NCBI GenBank assembly: GCA_030141605.1
Contig: JAQGDQ010000454.1
Coordinates: 124,503 to 188,502 of the forward strand
From: Tubiluchus corallicola
Lineage: Eukaryota; Animalia; Priapulida
Direction: 5' to 3'
DNA: 64,000 nucleotides
Shown here piece by piece: positions 1 to 15,400 of this stretch. Numbering within the stretch: the first letter of the stretch is position 1; the number at the start of each line of letters is the position of its first letter. A program made the translations under genes and the position numbers. The notes below the pieces were generated by a model. It saw only the letters and a list, made by a program, of their open reading frames with translations, did not search any database and was not told the origin of the DNA.

Positions 1-1788
1 TTTCCACAGCAAAATGTTCCACGAGCGTGTTGCACGTGTTTGCGAAAGCGAAAATTGAAGTACAGCGCTACTGTAAGACATTCAGTGTGTTGTACTAAAA
101 CTAGGAAAGTTTTAAGATAAAATTCAAATTTCAAATTTACCGCGTAAATGCACGTAACAGCGAAGAACTAACGTAATAATTCTTTTGAAAAAAACCAGTA
201 TGCTTCCTTTTAATATTTTAAGGAGTAGATTGTTTTGACCAACAGTTTAAGATTGGGCCCAGTGTTGCTTTAAATACAAGCCTACTATGCAAAAGTCAGG
301 CTCTCGCCCACAATAAATTTTGGAGGCATTTTAACCAAAAAGTTTAATACCTTTGAACATTATGTGACTAACTGCATATTACGTAGGGACCATCAGTTTG
401 TCAAAACGCAACACGGCTTTCTGCAAACTCGGCTGCGTTAACTAAAGGGTTAAGGTTAATAACTTAATATCGTAGTGGTAGCGTGCGTGACATAAACATC
501 TCGTAAATGCCGAATTATCAGGAATTTTTATATTCCATCTTAAAATCCTAGAATAAACGGCTGGAAATGTAGCACGCGCCAGGTGCATTGTGGGAAGAAT
601 GGAATGTGTCACGTGAGAAGCTGTTGCGGCATTCTGTGGCCTCCCAAGCCTGCTAAGAATTTCATTGCCAATTGCCAAATATATCTTTTATTGTCAAGAA
701 TGCTGTTTTTCTGAGTCATCATCATTATCATCGTCATCACTCATCACTAGTCATCCATTTTGTAGTCCATCGTTATTACTTTTAGTCTTTGTCGCTCCGA
801 TTAGTTATATATGTTTGCATCTGCAACACCCGTTATTGTCAATACCATTATTATCAATATCAGTGTCATATTACTGTCCTCATTGTCACTGTCATCATCA
901 TAAACATCATTGTTATCGTTTTCGTCCTTATCACTGTTGTCACAGTTTTTGCCGCTATCAGTGCAATTGTCATTATTATTATTTGCCAACGTCATCTCCA
1001 CACCATGATCATTATAATCTTCTTCATTGCCGTTATGATTATTATCATTGTCATTGTCGTCATCATTATCATCACCATCATCGTTTCCATCATCATCATC
1101 GTCGTCGTCATCGTCGTCATCATCATCATCATTATCTCCAATACTGCTGCCATTGTCATTGCTGCCGTCATTATAGTCGTTATGATCATCATTCTCATCA
1201 CGTGTTTTTTTTCATTATCATCTTGAAAGCTGTTTGTTATAAAGTTCTTTCTTCCCATCCTGTACTAATTATCTTTTACGAGTTTTCTTCTCTTTCGATC
1301 TTTCCGTTTTTTTCGCTCAGCGGGTTGTATTTTTCACTTTTGTTCAAGGTCACACTAGGATGCTGAAGCCATTCATAAGCCATTACAGTAATTAGCTAAA
1401 GGAGTAGTGGTAATCCCATAAAGTATAATCCCCACTTCCTGTTTACTCCCTAAAGTATTGCAAACTTCCCCTTTAAGCTACTGAAGATTTAAGTTCTCTG
1501 TTGCATCAATAGTTCTTATGGTAATCAGTGATCAGCATTTTCTGGGTCAAAAATCAGTTAGAATCGATTTAGACATGGCTTAGTACAGCTTCCAGTTTCA
1601 CAAGTGTGTTTAGACTAGAGAGAGAAGTTTGCTGCGAGTGACTCTCCGACAAGCTGACACTCACTTCTCTATTCACTGCGACAAGTGTCGAAAGTAACTC
1701 GCTAAGTAACCCCTCGTGGCATTTACACTAGGTAATAAATCACTATCGGAGAGTTAGTAACTTCTTGCCGACACTACAAATGTTTAGT

Positions 1789-2106
1789 AATAAGACTTTT
1801 CACAGTTCCAGCGATTGATGATGATCGTGAAAAGGTCAGACGTTAAGTGTACCAGACAACGCATTTGTGTACACTTGATAATGCCTTGCAGCCCAAACAC
1901 TTTGTACGGCCAGACACATGAATAATTAAGAAAAGTACATTAAGAATAATGTAAAACAACTGAAGTTACTGAACTGACGCGGCAGACGCATTTGCGTTAC
2001 CCACATGTCACGTGGCGGTTGTAGTTAAGACGCGTCGCTGCGGCTCACTTAACCTTTGACCTACAGTAACTGCGCCTGCGCACAACGAAACGGTGAAAAG
2101 GTTTAT
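1789..2106. mobile_element. MITE family F (TIR AATAAG.CTTTTCACAGTT)
   Basis: Copies at ~6040-6427, 34236-34908, 44989-45372, partial 48035-48135. Confidence 0.72.
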
Positions 2107-3052
2107 TCGCAAAGCAGCTCACACTTGCGAGTTTGCAGTCAGAGAGAAACTCGTAACAGAAAACTCGCTAGTGAGAATTAGAAACGAAGTGGTTTAGTGA
2201 CCAATCTTTGATTGTGTCTTATTGTGATCTCAGGAGTCACAAGGTGTGCTAATAGTGAAAACGTTTACTAGGAAAGGATATTCCAGCTGTTTTGATGGAA
2301 TGTTTACAGTGTATTCATAGTGAATGTGTTTACTGGGAAATGTTAATGCAGTCCTTTTACATGTATTATAATCGCTGAAAATACTCCTGATGAAATCGTT
2401 TATTGCAGGAAGATAATGCTGTTGTTTTTATACGTGTAATCTGTAAATTACATGTACACACTGAAAGCGTTTACTGGAAACAGATAATACAGCGTTGTGT
2501 TTATTATAATCGCTGATGAATAAACTCGTGATGAAAGCGTTTATTGCAGGAAGATAATGCTGTTGTTTTCATACATGTAATCTGTAGCTTACATATGTAA
2601 TGTACACACTGAAAGCGTTTACTGGAAACAGATAACACAGCAATTATATAGTGCTTTCGTTTTGTTGTAAACTGACACAGGATAATGCCAGTGTTAATGC
2701 TCATAGTGAAAGCAGTTACCAGAAAAGGCAAATGCTGTCTTGTTGCACAGATACAATTTGAACTAATTTTTAAATTCTAAGCATTCAAATTTAGTTCTAG
2801 GCGTGATTCAAGTGAATAAACCAATTGACATGACTTGTGAAACCAATCATAATAGTGATCATGAACATGACGACATAGTTATTGGTGTGACTAATCAGTT
2901 TATGGGTTTGAATGAACCGTAGCCTCTTAGCAATTGATAATGCAAATCATTATTAATATAAAGGTTGGCATAATCACTCAAAAATGCACTTGTGGAGGGC
3001 TACTATAAGGTTTGTAAAGTACAGAAACGTAATTAGAGTTCGAAATAGTTAA

Positions 3053-3657
3053 AGCAATACGGGCCCAATCTTAAGCTGTAGGTCAAAACAATTTGCTCTT
3101 TAAATTATTGAAAAAACCTATTGTTTTTTCTAAAATGACTTACGTGAAAGAATTATTACCGCACAAACACAGTTTCGCGTTTATATCTCTAGTTCTTCGC
3201 TGTTACATTCATTTTGCCATTCACTAGTTAGACGGGCAATAGCTCCTGCATATCGGAAATGCATTGCACAACAAACAGGTGCTGTACCTCTCAGTTCAGA
3301 TGTGTTAGTTTCTGACGAACTACACACGTTCGACAGCTCATGCGTGACCACAGCGGTAAATTTGAAATTTGAATTTTTATCTTAAACGTTCCTAGTTTTA
3401 GTACAACACACTGAATATCTTAAAGTAGCACAGTACTTCAATTTTCTCTTTTGCAAACACGTGCAACACGCGTATGGAATTTTTTGCTGTGGAAAATAAT
3501 GTTAGTTTGTGATGTCATCACTAGTTGGGCTCACCCCTCAGAATTTTTAATCTATAATTTAATTATCAGAAACGCTTTTGCAGTAATAACTGTGTTAAAA
3601 TGCATACTTTTATCAGACTTGAAAAGGGTAGTATATGAAAAGTCATCCTGTCTTCCT
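3053..3657. mobile_element. TTAA-flanked dispersed repeat family E (Kolobok-like)
   Basis: Copies at 1-270, 16303-16946, ~42980-43170, 54343-54950 and 63255-63590; end ATCCTGTCTTCCT|TTAA. Confidence 0.72.
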
Positions 3658-3801
3658 TTAAAAATTGAACGAAGAGTTAGAACTGACACTTTCAGACACA
3701 ATGGTAAAAATGACTTACTAACTGCGTATGGAGATCCTGTCCATGTTGTGGCATATGAATATTTATGTACTTTAGTTCTTATACTGATCGTTCTCTTGCA
3801 G

Positions 3802-3947
3802 AAGCGATGCCCTAGAAGTTGGGGATAGGATTCTCTCCGTGAATGGCATTCGGACAGGAAGTCTCAAACATGACGAAGTCATCAATTTATTAAAGAATGC
3901 CGGACAAAAAGTCACAGTGGAGGTGGAATATGAGATTCCACAATCTC
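3802..3947 (+). CDS. GRIP1: GRIP exon, PDZ1 C-terminal half
   Basis: ttgcag|...|gtaagt; [48 protein letters not shown]. Confidence 0.92.
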
Positions 3948-4811
3948 GTAAGTTTTCATGGTTTTTGTATATGTATGTAAGCTTTCTTTATTTTAAGTGG
4001 ATTGACATAGAGTAATATTACTGATCGGAGTTTTTCCTCTGTGCAACAAATATATTTTAGTTGAGAAAGATATATACAACTGGTTATCAAGAATACAGTT
4101 ACATAGATGGTTAGTTCAAAAACACATGTAGTTCATTAGTAACACTTAAAATTGAAATATACAAAGCTCACAGAATAAAGATGTGATACCAGAAACAATT
4201 ATCAATGTAGATCAGCTTATTAATTTATACAAAAGTATGATTGCTGAATAACTGATGTTTAATTGCAAAAGTTTAAAATTAAAAATAGTTCAGGTTACAA
4301 TTCAATATACAATTACACATTCAGTCAATTAGCAAAACGTTTAGTAGACTTTACGTAGTTCTGCAACAATTTGAAGAGAATGTCACTGGATGGATGACCT
4401 GATCTGAGTTTATGACAAATGTCGTTGTAAATACATAGGTCTAGGGTTTTTGTATATGAAACTGCACTGTACGTTTAACAGGGCAGACGTAGTTTCCTGA
4501 TTCCTGATGACATTGAGACCACTTGATGATATCTTATTATGGACAGTCATTTCAAAATGGTCAAATTAGGATACAATTACATGATTGTACAATCAACAGA
4601 CTGAAGATTTCTATAAAAAGGGCTAATTTTTTCTGTTTTGAATATATTTTCTCGATGCTAATAGGATGCTTGTTTTAATATGCAGCCCAAAGATATGACA
4701 TACATACAAATTAACTAAACTACTGAGCTGAGTTGAGCTTTGAGCCACGAGCAACGATGCATTATTATTATTGTTGTTGTTATTGCTGTTGTTGTTGTAG
4801 TTATCATTATA

Positions 4812-4904
<93 letters not shown>

Positions 4905-7900
4905 GCTATTATTTTATTGCTTTTATAGTTAAAAACAGCACAACTTTATTAAAACTTTAAAGTTAAAAAGTTAAAATCATGCCAAACGTTTCAACAAGCT
5001 GCTGGTGTCATCATCAGTGGTAAATTTGCAAATATACAACCAGTTTATATAGGCTTAGCTTATATAGTAAGCATCATGAGGTTGTCAGGTTGCACCAGCA
5101 GTGCCATCTATAGCCAGTCTGGTTGCATTGTAAAAATGCTTTAAATTCAATATTTTTTATTTTAGCCGGAGAAGTATCGCCTTGCGTTTGTGCAAAAACT
5201 GTTGAAGTTCGGCTTTACAAACAAGATGGCAGTTTTGGATTTACTCTAAGAGGTGGCGGTTGTGCTGATCGTCTGAAGTCTCGACCGCTGACTGTGACAA
5301 GCATCCGTCCTGGTAGCCCAGCCCATAGGTAACCTTTGCTATAATAGTTGCTATGGGTTTTCATTTCAAGTTGTTTACTACATCACTTGAAAGGTGCTAA
5401 TTGTCATTTCAAAGTGTAAGCTATCACTTATAATGGAATAAGTTGAAGCTGGTTCCAGACTTCTTGTTTCTATGATTATTAGGGGTGAGTGTCAAACGTT
5501 TGAATTCGATTCGAACCTAAAGCTATAGATTCGAATAATTCAGCACTTCAATCACATAAGTTCTTTATTATTAAAACGTTTGAAACATCATGCAATTAGC
5601 ATAATTTAGCTGTGATTTCTGTGCAAAATTTTAAACAAAATATTAGTGGTTTTACTACAGGACAAAATCGGGTAATATGCACGATCTTTGTAAGCCCAAG
5701 TTTTACTGGTGGTTTCAAAATGTGTTCAAAAATCTTTCGAACAAACAAACAAATAGAATACAATCTTATGATTGTTATGCGGATAAATAAATAATAAATT
5801 AACTAAATATTTACACCTTTGAAATTAGTAAAAATGCTGTAATACAAAAGTATATTTGTTATTTAATAAGAGCTTCTTGCACCTGGTACATGTCATCGTC
5901 AAGTTACGGTCCGACCAAAACTTAATTAATTAATTATGCAAAACTAATAATAACTCATATTTCCTTCTCCTTTTCAATGGGGCACATCACTTGAACGTAT
6001 GAGTCCAGCTTGTCTCCAAGTCACGTTACAACCAATATGCTGTTTCACAGTTCCAGTGATTGATGTTGATCGTGAAAATGTCAAAGGATAAGTTTACCAG
6101 ACGACACATTTGTGTACACCTGACAATGCCTCGCAGCCCAAGCTATTGTAATAGAAAACAGTTTTAACAGCTAGCTAGACCTTACCTAGTTCATTTTTTC
6201 TTGTTCCCAAGCAAGATCCTGCTAATGAATCACTCTATGCCGAGACTAATGCATAATTAAGTAAAGTCCACGTAAAACAACTGAAGTTACTGAGCTGATG
6301 TGACAGATGGTTTTGCTTTACCTGCATGTCTCGCGACAGTTGTAGTTAAGCTGTGGTGCTTTGATACAGTTAACTTTTGACCTACAGCAACAGCGCGTAC
6401 ACACAACGAAACTGTGAAAAGGCTTATTTGCGGGAAACGAATTTCGTCGTAATTTGACGGCTACCTATAATGTGCATTACGCTCATATTAAGATCATTTT
6501 TTAATCTCAACATCTATAGCTGTATCACTACGTGGCAATCTAATTAATGTTAATGTGATTTTCAGAGAAGGCACATTGAAAGCTGGAGACAGACTCCTCG
6601 CAATAAACTCCGTGAATCTCGCACATGCAACTCATTCAGAAGCAATACGATTGTTACGGGAATGTCCCAATGAGGCGACGTTGATCATCGAATACGACGT
6701 TTCCATAATGGGTAAGAACTGGTGGCTCGTAGCTAAAGTTAGTGGGGGCTGTGCTTCCTCAGAAAATTTTTAGCTATTGTTTTAAAACTGTGTAAAACGA
6801 AACAAACATGTGTAATTTTAATGTTATAATTGTAATTTAAAACAAATAAACATATAAAAGTTTCTACGTAAATTCGAAAAAATCCTGAATAAAAAAGAAA
6901 TGTTTTTTGCTTTTTAACAGCAAAAATTGTCACAGTTTAAGCTTGATCCATTCACAGTAAGCATGTGACAACTGACAACAAATTGTGTAAGCGACAGTAC
7001 TTTCTCTATCTGAGCTCAGACATGTGCACAGGGCCGCATGCGTACAACAGCCAAACACCTCATTGCTGGAGCTGTGAGCGCACTGTGCTGGGCAGTGAAG
7101 CAAACAGTACTACACTCACCTGCTCTGGTCCTGTGCAAGTATAAAGAGGGAATTAAAGAAAGAAGAATCATTATGTTGAATATTATCGATAATATTGAGT
7201 GAAAGTTAGGGAGTGTTGCAGTTCAGCAGTATCTATACACAAGTTGCCACTCGAACTGGGTTTTATAAAAGATTGATTTTTTTTTACTAAAGTTCACTTT
7301 CAAAATGCTGTATGAAAGATTGGTACCCAGTGACTACCAGAGATGTACTACCAATATGCTAACAAGAGCCCCGCCTTCATCAATAAAACTCTAAGTCAAT
7401 AATTACATTAGCTTTTGTATTAATTTAACTTTATTTGGTCATTTGTGGGGCCGTGAGTGGACAGTAGCTACTGTGCCTAGCTGTGCATGTTTTGATCTGG
7501 ACTCTAGATAAACACTATCAAAAAGCTTTCAGAGAATTACTTTACATTTTTGTGTCTGGATCAGCAGAATAATACAACCAGACTTCGTTATAACGCCCCC
7601 CCCCCCCCATTATAATGCAACCATTTTGGCACAACACAACGTCTATAATTGCATAGACATGTATGCATTAAGCACCTCGCTGTAATGGCAAACTCGCTTA
7701 ATGCCAACTCTTTAAAAACAGTTGAGAACAAGGCTGTGTTTGCATATTTGTAGCTTCCTCTGTATCAGCCAAGCATGGCATCAAACGTGAACTTGTACTG
7801 CCAGCTGCGTGTGTTCCCACTCTGAGAATCAAGCAGTGTTCTTAACTCAGTTACGTTTAATCTTCAGCTTCAGTCAAAGTTCTGTAAGACTGCAGTCAAT

Positions 7901-9044
7901 ATTGATGGTGGAATTAGATCGGAAAGCTGTGCGATGACGATGACATTTCAGGATGTCCAGTAATGCTGATGCAATGCAGAAGTGGTTGTTAATGAATAAC
8001 TTTGGTTATTGATTCCTGCCATGTTGAAAAAGATGCCACTGGAAATCAAAGTTAAATGTGTGCTTGCAAACCAAAACTGTCCGTAAGTCAGCAAAGCTAA
8101 AACCACGTTACGATGCTTCAAAGTAAAGTGCACCAAAAATTTGGTCAAATGTCGATTTTTTATTTTTTATGAAAACAAATGCTAAATGTATTGGACTTTT
8201 ATATTCTAACATCAAATTATCAAGAAAATACTCAAAAATAATCTAATTTTATAACCCCGTACCCACTTTTCTGGCTAGAAACTAGTACTGCAATTGTAAA
8301 ACTCTGTATTTTGTAACTCTGATTGTAATTCATGGAAGCAGTCATTTTGCTTTGGGTTTTTTCTATTGCAACGCCCAGTTCTTCGTCAGGAAGCTACTAC
8401 TGGATTTAAACATAGAGCAATGAGATTGGTATCAAAATGATCCTCATGAAAGGGCAGGATTTGTGAATAACTAGAAAACGTTAATTGCTGACTTATGGAT
8501 GATTTTGCTATGCAAGCACACATATGACGATTGAGGCCAATGATAAATGAAAGGCAGAATGACTAGTTCCATCAACTTTCAAACAAAGAACCTAATGCCA
8601 ACTTATGGACGATTTTACTATGCAAGCCCACAAGTATTAAAATTTTCCACGGTGACATCTTTTTGTGAAAGATTGATCTTTCTTTCCTGTCTTTGTTAAC
8701 TTTTATTCCTTTTCTGATCACATTGTTTGATATTTTTTCTGTGATTTTTGCAGAAGCTGTGCAGAACGCAACCGGTCCGTTACTCGTAGAAGTCGACAAG
8801 TTACCAGGGGCAAGTTTAGGATTGTCTTTAGCGACCTCCACATACAAGGAGAAGAACATTATTGTTATCGACAGTGTCAAAGCTGCTAGCATTGCTGACA
8901 GGTGTGTGCTAGATTGTATACATATTGATCTTCTTTGTCAATACGTCTGAAGAGAGGATTTATAGATTCATTACATCTAATAGAAATCTTTATTACGTCT
9001 TCACTGAAGACTAGTTTGGCATGGTTAGAACACCCTACTCAGCC

Positions 9045-9103
<59 letters not shown>

Positions 9104-12100
9104 ATCTCTGTTTGCTTATCTGCCTGACCAGGAAGCACAGTAAAGGTGTTTAATCCCTTGAAAGTTTTTGACTTCCATTGAATGTGGGCCTAGAAGGTCA
9201 AAGGTCAAGGTCAGGATGAGTGAGACAAAGTACATGCTATAAAGGACACGGGGAACTAAATTATATTGTCGTGTCAAATGCATTTTGGTATTTTGGGGCT
9301 TAAAAATTTCAACTGCAGAAGAGCGTGTTTACATACACTGTTGACAAGCCCTTGAGATATTGAAATAAAACTGACTACAAGCATGGCTTTGTACAATTGT
9401 GTAATCTTATATAACTTACAAGCATCCTGTTAAATGATATAACCAAGTACGAGGCAGAGCTTTGGGAGGGGCAAAATATCCAAGCATAAATCCCTTGTTT
9501 CTCTCAGAATACTAAACTGTTAACAAATACACTCATATCTCAGTTTGCCGGGAGAAAAGCGGGGAGACGTCGGTCCAATTTTTGTGATTGTCATATTTAT
9601 CGATACTAAGCTAATACAGTAAGCGCCGTGTATTAGACTCATGGTAATGTAGAATCAGTTGCCTAATTGTCTCTAATACGGGCCACTCATAAGCAAAATT
9701 ATATAAAAACTGTCGGCAACTGAGTCAAATAACTCCGCATAATTGACCGTATATTTTTTCTGCACATGTTTAAATAAGATACTTTTATGTGACCAATGAG
9801 CTTTTACTATTTTTATGTCGGCTTACTTCACTTTTGTGCACTATAATATACATACATGCTCTCAAGCAGGTCATTACATGCTGCTTAGTTACACTGATTT
9901 AATGATGTAAACAAAGTGATGACCCGCCAACTAGTGGTCCCCTTGCAAAACAACGGAATGTGTCCGTACTATGCAAGACTTTTCACGTTCCAGATTTTGT
10001 CTGATTCGTCCGATATCTGTAAAAGCGAGGTCCGGCAAACCGAGATATGAGTGTACTGAACTTGCAGCGGATTACTACCTGCACAATAAACAGTTTAAAC
10101 ATCACAGTGTTATAAAATACTGTAATTTGAGTAACACTGTCATTGTAAACCATTGTAAACTGTCTCTTTTTAATTTTCTATGTAGCTTGTCTTGTGTCTC
10201 CATTATAAAAGAATATTTTGTCCCATTATCAGTGTTAGCTAGAAAACCATTTAGGACAAAGTCATAAACTGAAGATTCTGCAATATGTTCTGCAAGCATG
10301 TTGTAATGTAGTGTAATGTAATGTTGTGTTATGTAATGTAGTATAATATAGTGTGGTGTAATGTAATGTAGTGTAGTTTGAAATTGCAACTTGTGACATT
10401 TTGACCTATGCTATGCTATGCTAAGCTAAGCTTGATTTTCCTGGAAATAAACTATTCATATCATATTGATATGCTAACTGTATCTATATTAAAATTATAT
10501 AAATATGTTATTTGTTATGTGTGTTTTTTGGCTATAGTGTAATATCTCTGTTTTGTACTTTTGTATTTTGTTGTATGTGCGTCACTGTTGTGTAATGTAT
10601 ATGCCAATAGTAAATCATATAATCTAATTTATTTACAAAGGAGTTAAAGTGGAAATTAGAATTTAAACTAAAGTGTGTTAATGCAACAGATTATGCACAC
10701 GAGGAAAGACTATCAGTGCACCAGCTAGAAGTCCTGTTAAAGTCGATCTAAATCTTATTATTGATTTTTCGCAGATGTGGCGCTTTGCACGTTGGCGACC
10801 AAATCCTGTCAATAGATGGGGTTAGTACGGAGAATCTGCCTCTCTCCGAGAGTGCCCGTTTACTCCACACGAATTCTTCGGATCAGATCAAGCTGGAAAT
10901 CCTCCCGCTTAGTCATTTAAAAGCTCGGAGTACGCCGATGTCCAATCACAGACAGTGTAAGTGGTGAAGTTTTGCCAGGGGCATTTCAAGACTTTACGAC
11001 GCCCTAGGCTGATAGTGCTGTCTTCTGTTGTGAATTTATGGTTGCTTATGTAGTGAGCATTTTAAACAATTGTGGTTATTAGAAGCACTATTAACCTAGT
11101 TTCTATGCAGCCATTATTAAAGGAAAGGTCAAGCCTTCTGAAAGGTTAAGCTTAATTCAATGTTCATAAAAAGTGTTAAAAGGATTTACTAATAAAACTG
11201 CAAAAAGCGCCTTGTGTAATTAATAAAATCACTTTAAAGTCGCAATTACTTCATGCTTGGGTGCTCCCACTTTCAATACTCGTTCTTCTTCCAATGACGT
11301 AATTCATCTTGAAGAAAAGTAGCGCACAGTCAATCTTCATCAAAAGCATAAGAAGTTTTTGCAAAAAAATTAGATAGCTAATTTTGTAATATTTTTGCAT
11401 GCACATTAGGTAAGCTGAAGAAGTTTGAATTAGTTTAAGCAGCGCGCTTACGAAAAGTTACGACATCTCTCAGTTACATCATGATTTTCAAGTGAATGGC
11501 GGCAACCACAACGCCTGAAAATTTCATTTCAGAGATAGTGCATTTTAAATGTATGCTTTATAGGCCTGTTCTTTGCAAATTTCTTTGTTTTTCTAAATTT
11601 AAATGATAACTGTAAAATAAACCCAACATACTGAGTGACTTGTTATTTCCTTTAATTACATGTATTTGCATAGTGCTTATATTCAAGTAGACTGCACAAG
11701 TGCTTGTTGTGTAATATCTTGCACCTGTTCATTATGTGGCATTTATCTAAAAGCTGCTGTCAGTAACTGCTTGTGGTGTGTTATAAAATGCGCCCTTTAC
11801 ATGAATATGAAAGTGTACACATTTTCTGAGGACAATGAGATTTTTTTAAAAATGTGACGCCCTCAAACTTTGGCGCCCTAGGCTATAGCCTAGCTAGCAG
11901 CCTATTGGTTAATACGCCCTGAGTTTTGCTTTAGTGAGACCCTGGCATGGTATTCTGGCTGCCAGATTTCACAGTTGTTCCAAAATAGCCGTTTATCGTG
12001 TACAGGGTTTTTTATTGGCCTAGTGTCCTAGAACAATCTGATCTGTGTCTAAATAGACGTCAATATAAAATTCCTTGGTTAAAAAGTTCGAATTTTCTTA

Positions 12101-12346
12101 CAACGTTAAATTGTTCTTCAATTTGTCACAAGAGAAATTTGCATTTGTTACGTTTTCTGTGAATTTGACAGATGTGGCAGCACCGTCTGTGCCGGGTTCA
12201 GTCAGTTGCCGCAGCTACAGTAGCATGAATTCGTACGGAGCGTATCGACGACGGAAACGGCGAGAAAGAGAGAAAAATCGTCTGATGGTCTGGAGCAGCA
12301 GATGTGAGTTGCTGTCAAGTTATTACTATCTATTACTTTTATTGTC

Positions 12347-12427
<81 letters not shown>

Positions 12428-15400
12428 TACTATTACTATTACTATTACTATCACTATCACTATCACTATCACTATTCCATTACCATTGCATATTATTAGT
12501 AATATTGCTATATTTTTTCCATTACTATTATTAAAGCTATTACTGTTACTATAACTATTGCTATTACTATTACTATTACTATTACCATTACCATTAATAT
12601 TACCATGGCCATTACTGTTACTATTACTGTTACCATTACCATTACTATTAGTATTACCATTACTGTTACTATTATTATTAGCATTACTATTATTATTACT
12701 ATTACTAATACCATTACTATTACCATTACCATTACCATTACCATTACCATTACCATTACCATTACCATTACCATTACCATTACCATTACCATTACCATTA
12801 CTATTACTACTGCCATTAATATTACTATTACTATTACCATTACAATTACTATTACTATTACCATTGCAATTACTATTACTATTGTCATTACTATTACTAT
12901 TACTATTACTATTACTATTACTATTACTATTACTATTACTATTACTATTACTATTACTATTACTATTACTATTACTATTACTATTACTATTACTATTACT
13001 ATTACTATTACTATTACTATTACTATTACTATTACTATTACTATTACTATTACTATTACTATTACTATTACTATTACTATTACTATTACTATTACTATTA
13101 CCATTACTATTACTACTATTGCTGCTGCTGCTGCTACTGCTGCTGCTGCTACTACTGCTACGATCTAATTCTTTTGTCCACAAGAAAAACATGCTGGAAG
13201 AGTTTATTAAAATAAGATGGATCTATGGATGGGTCTTCAAAGCGTTGCTTCCAAAGCCATCATTTTAATGTAACTCTAACTCTGAGTTTTTGAGTTTTTC
13301 TGTACCTCACAATTTGTGTTTTAAAACAGTATTGCATTAAGCATAATTTAAATCTGACAGTAGGAAACAGAAAAAATATAAATTGGTGTAAAATTTAAAG
13401 TTTATAGAAAATCTACGGTAGTTAAAAATTTCAATTTGTAATATGACTCCGCGTTTTATTTAAACGTTTTCATTTTTAGCATCCATAGCATCGTGTATGA
13501 CGGGTGTTGTTCCCTGTTCACAAGTCTGCCACGCGGAGACAACAGAAGTGGTTATTTATGCCGACCACAAAGGATTTGGCTTCAGCTTACAAAGTGGAAC
13601 TTTTTCGACTGATCACCTCCCTACTCCCCCAGTCATTGGTTCAGTGGAAACTGGTGGCCCATCTGAAAAGTGAGCAATTTATTCGCTGAATAGAATGTAT
13701 TTTAGTGTACTTGCCTCACCAATGAACAGTGCCGGCTCGTAGCTAAAATTAGTGGGGTGCTGCTTTAGAAAATGTTTAGCCATTGTTTGAGTATTGTGTA
13801 AAACAAAATAAACATATGTGTGCTTGCAAACGAAAACCACCCATAAGTCGGCGAACTATGCTATGACGCTGCAAAGTAGAATGCACCTAAAATTTGGTCA
13901 AATGTCAATTTTTTTATGTAAACAAATGCTTAATATATTAGACTTTTAAATTCTAGCATCAAATTATCAAGAAAATGTTCAGAAAATATTAAAGATCTAA
14001 TTTTATAAACCCGTGCCCACTTTTCTGACCAGAAACTAGTATCAAAATAATCCTCATGAAATGGAGATTTAGGATATTAGGATATAACTAGGATAACTTA
14101 ATTGCCGACTTATGGACGATTTTGCTTTTCAAGCACACATTTGTGAATATAATTTTAAACAAACAAACCTATGAAAAATATTGTTTGCTTACTAATAGCC
14201 TAGATTGTCACAGTTCAAGCTTGATCCATTCACGGTACGGTGAAAACTGACGACAAACTGTGTGAGCGACAGTACTTTCTCTAACTGGACCCAGACATGT
14301 GCCCATGGCCGCATACGCACAATAGCCAAACACCACGTTGCTGGAGCATACTATGCTGGGCTGTGAAGCAAACAGTACTATCCTCACGTGCTCTGGTTCC
14401 GTACAAGTACAAATAAAGAACTAAACTAAACAAAAAAGACTTATTATATTGAATATTATCAATAATATTGAATGAAAATAGGGGGTGCTGCAGTTCCACA
14501 GTACCTATACACGAGTCGCCACTGCCCATAACTGTGAAACAGTTATGTAGTAATTAATCCCAAACTTGCAGCAGCACCCCTGTTTTCACTCAATAGTATC
14601 AATAATATTCAATATAATAAGTCTTTTTTCTTTAGTTCCTTCTTTATACTTATGTGGAACCAGAGCACATGTGGGTAGCTCTGTTTGCTTCACAGCCCAG
14701 CACTGTGGTGTGTGTGCACACCGTGCCCTACACTGCTAGCGTCTGCTGCTAGGTAGAGAAAGTATTGTCGTTCACAGGCTTTGTTGTCAGTTGTCACGTG
14801 CTAAAAACTGTGTATCGGCATATTCTTGAAAACTGCGGCAATTTTGGCTTTTCGTAAATAAAAAATTTTTATTTAGGATTTTATCAAGTTTATGTATAAA
14901 TTTTGGTATGTTTGTTCGTTTAAAGTTACAATTACAAATTGCAGTAATAAAACAATAACTAAAAATTGTTCTGAAGCAGCAACCACAGTAATTTTAGCTA
15001 TGAGCCGCCATTAGTACAAAAGCATGTATATAATATTCTGAAGTTATTAGTAGTGACATATTAGATAAAAAACTACCATTCATCATGTGTAAAGGCACAT
15101 ATTTTACAGTAATTATTGTTTATTAATATACATTTTTTCGTTCAATTATTGAAAGCCTCAGTATCTAATGTTCTCGTGTTTATAGAACTGGTGTGATTCA
15201 AGTATCTGATCGAGTGATAGCTATTAATGGCTGCTATCTGGAAGATGGTACGTTGGATGAAGCAAACCATCTCATCCGAGAATCCGGACTGCGGATGACA
15301 CTCGAGGTGGAATTCGACGTGGCAGAATCAGTCGTCCCGAGCAGCGGAATATTCCACGTGAAGCTGGCAAAGCGAGGAGCGGGTCTCGGGATAACCATCA

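Noticed and set aside
665-1366. His/Cys-rich and Ile/Val-rich ORFs
   Set aside because: Degenerate trinucleotide microsatellite that is open in several frames; intronic in GRIP
12304-13268. Poly-L, poly-IT, poly-SN and poly-VI ORFs up to 288 aa
   Set aside because: Translations of an (ATT)/(ATTACT) microsatellite lying after a GRIP donor site
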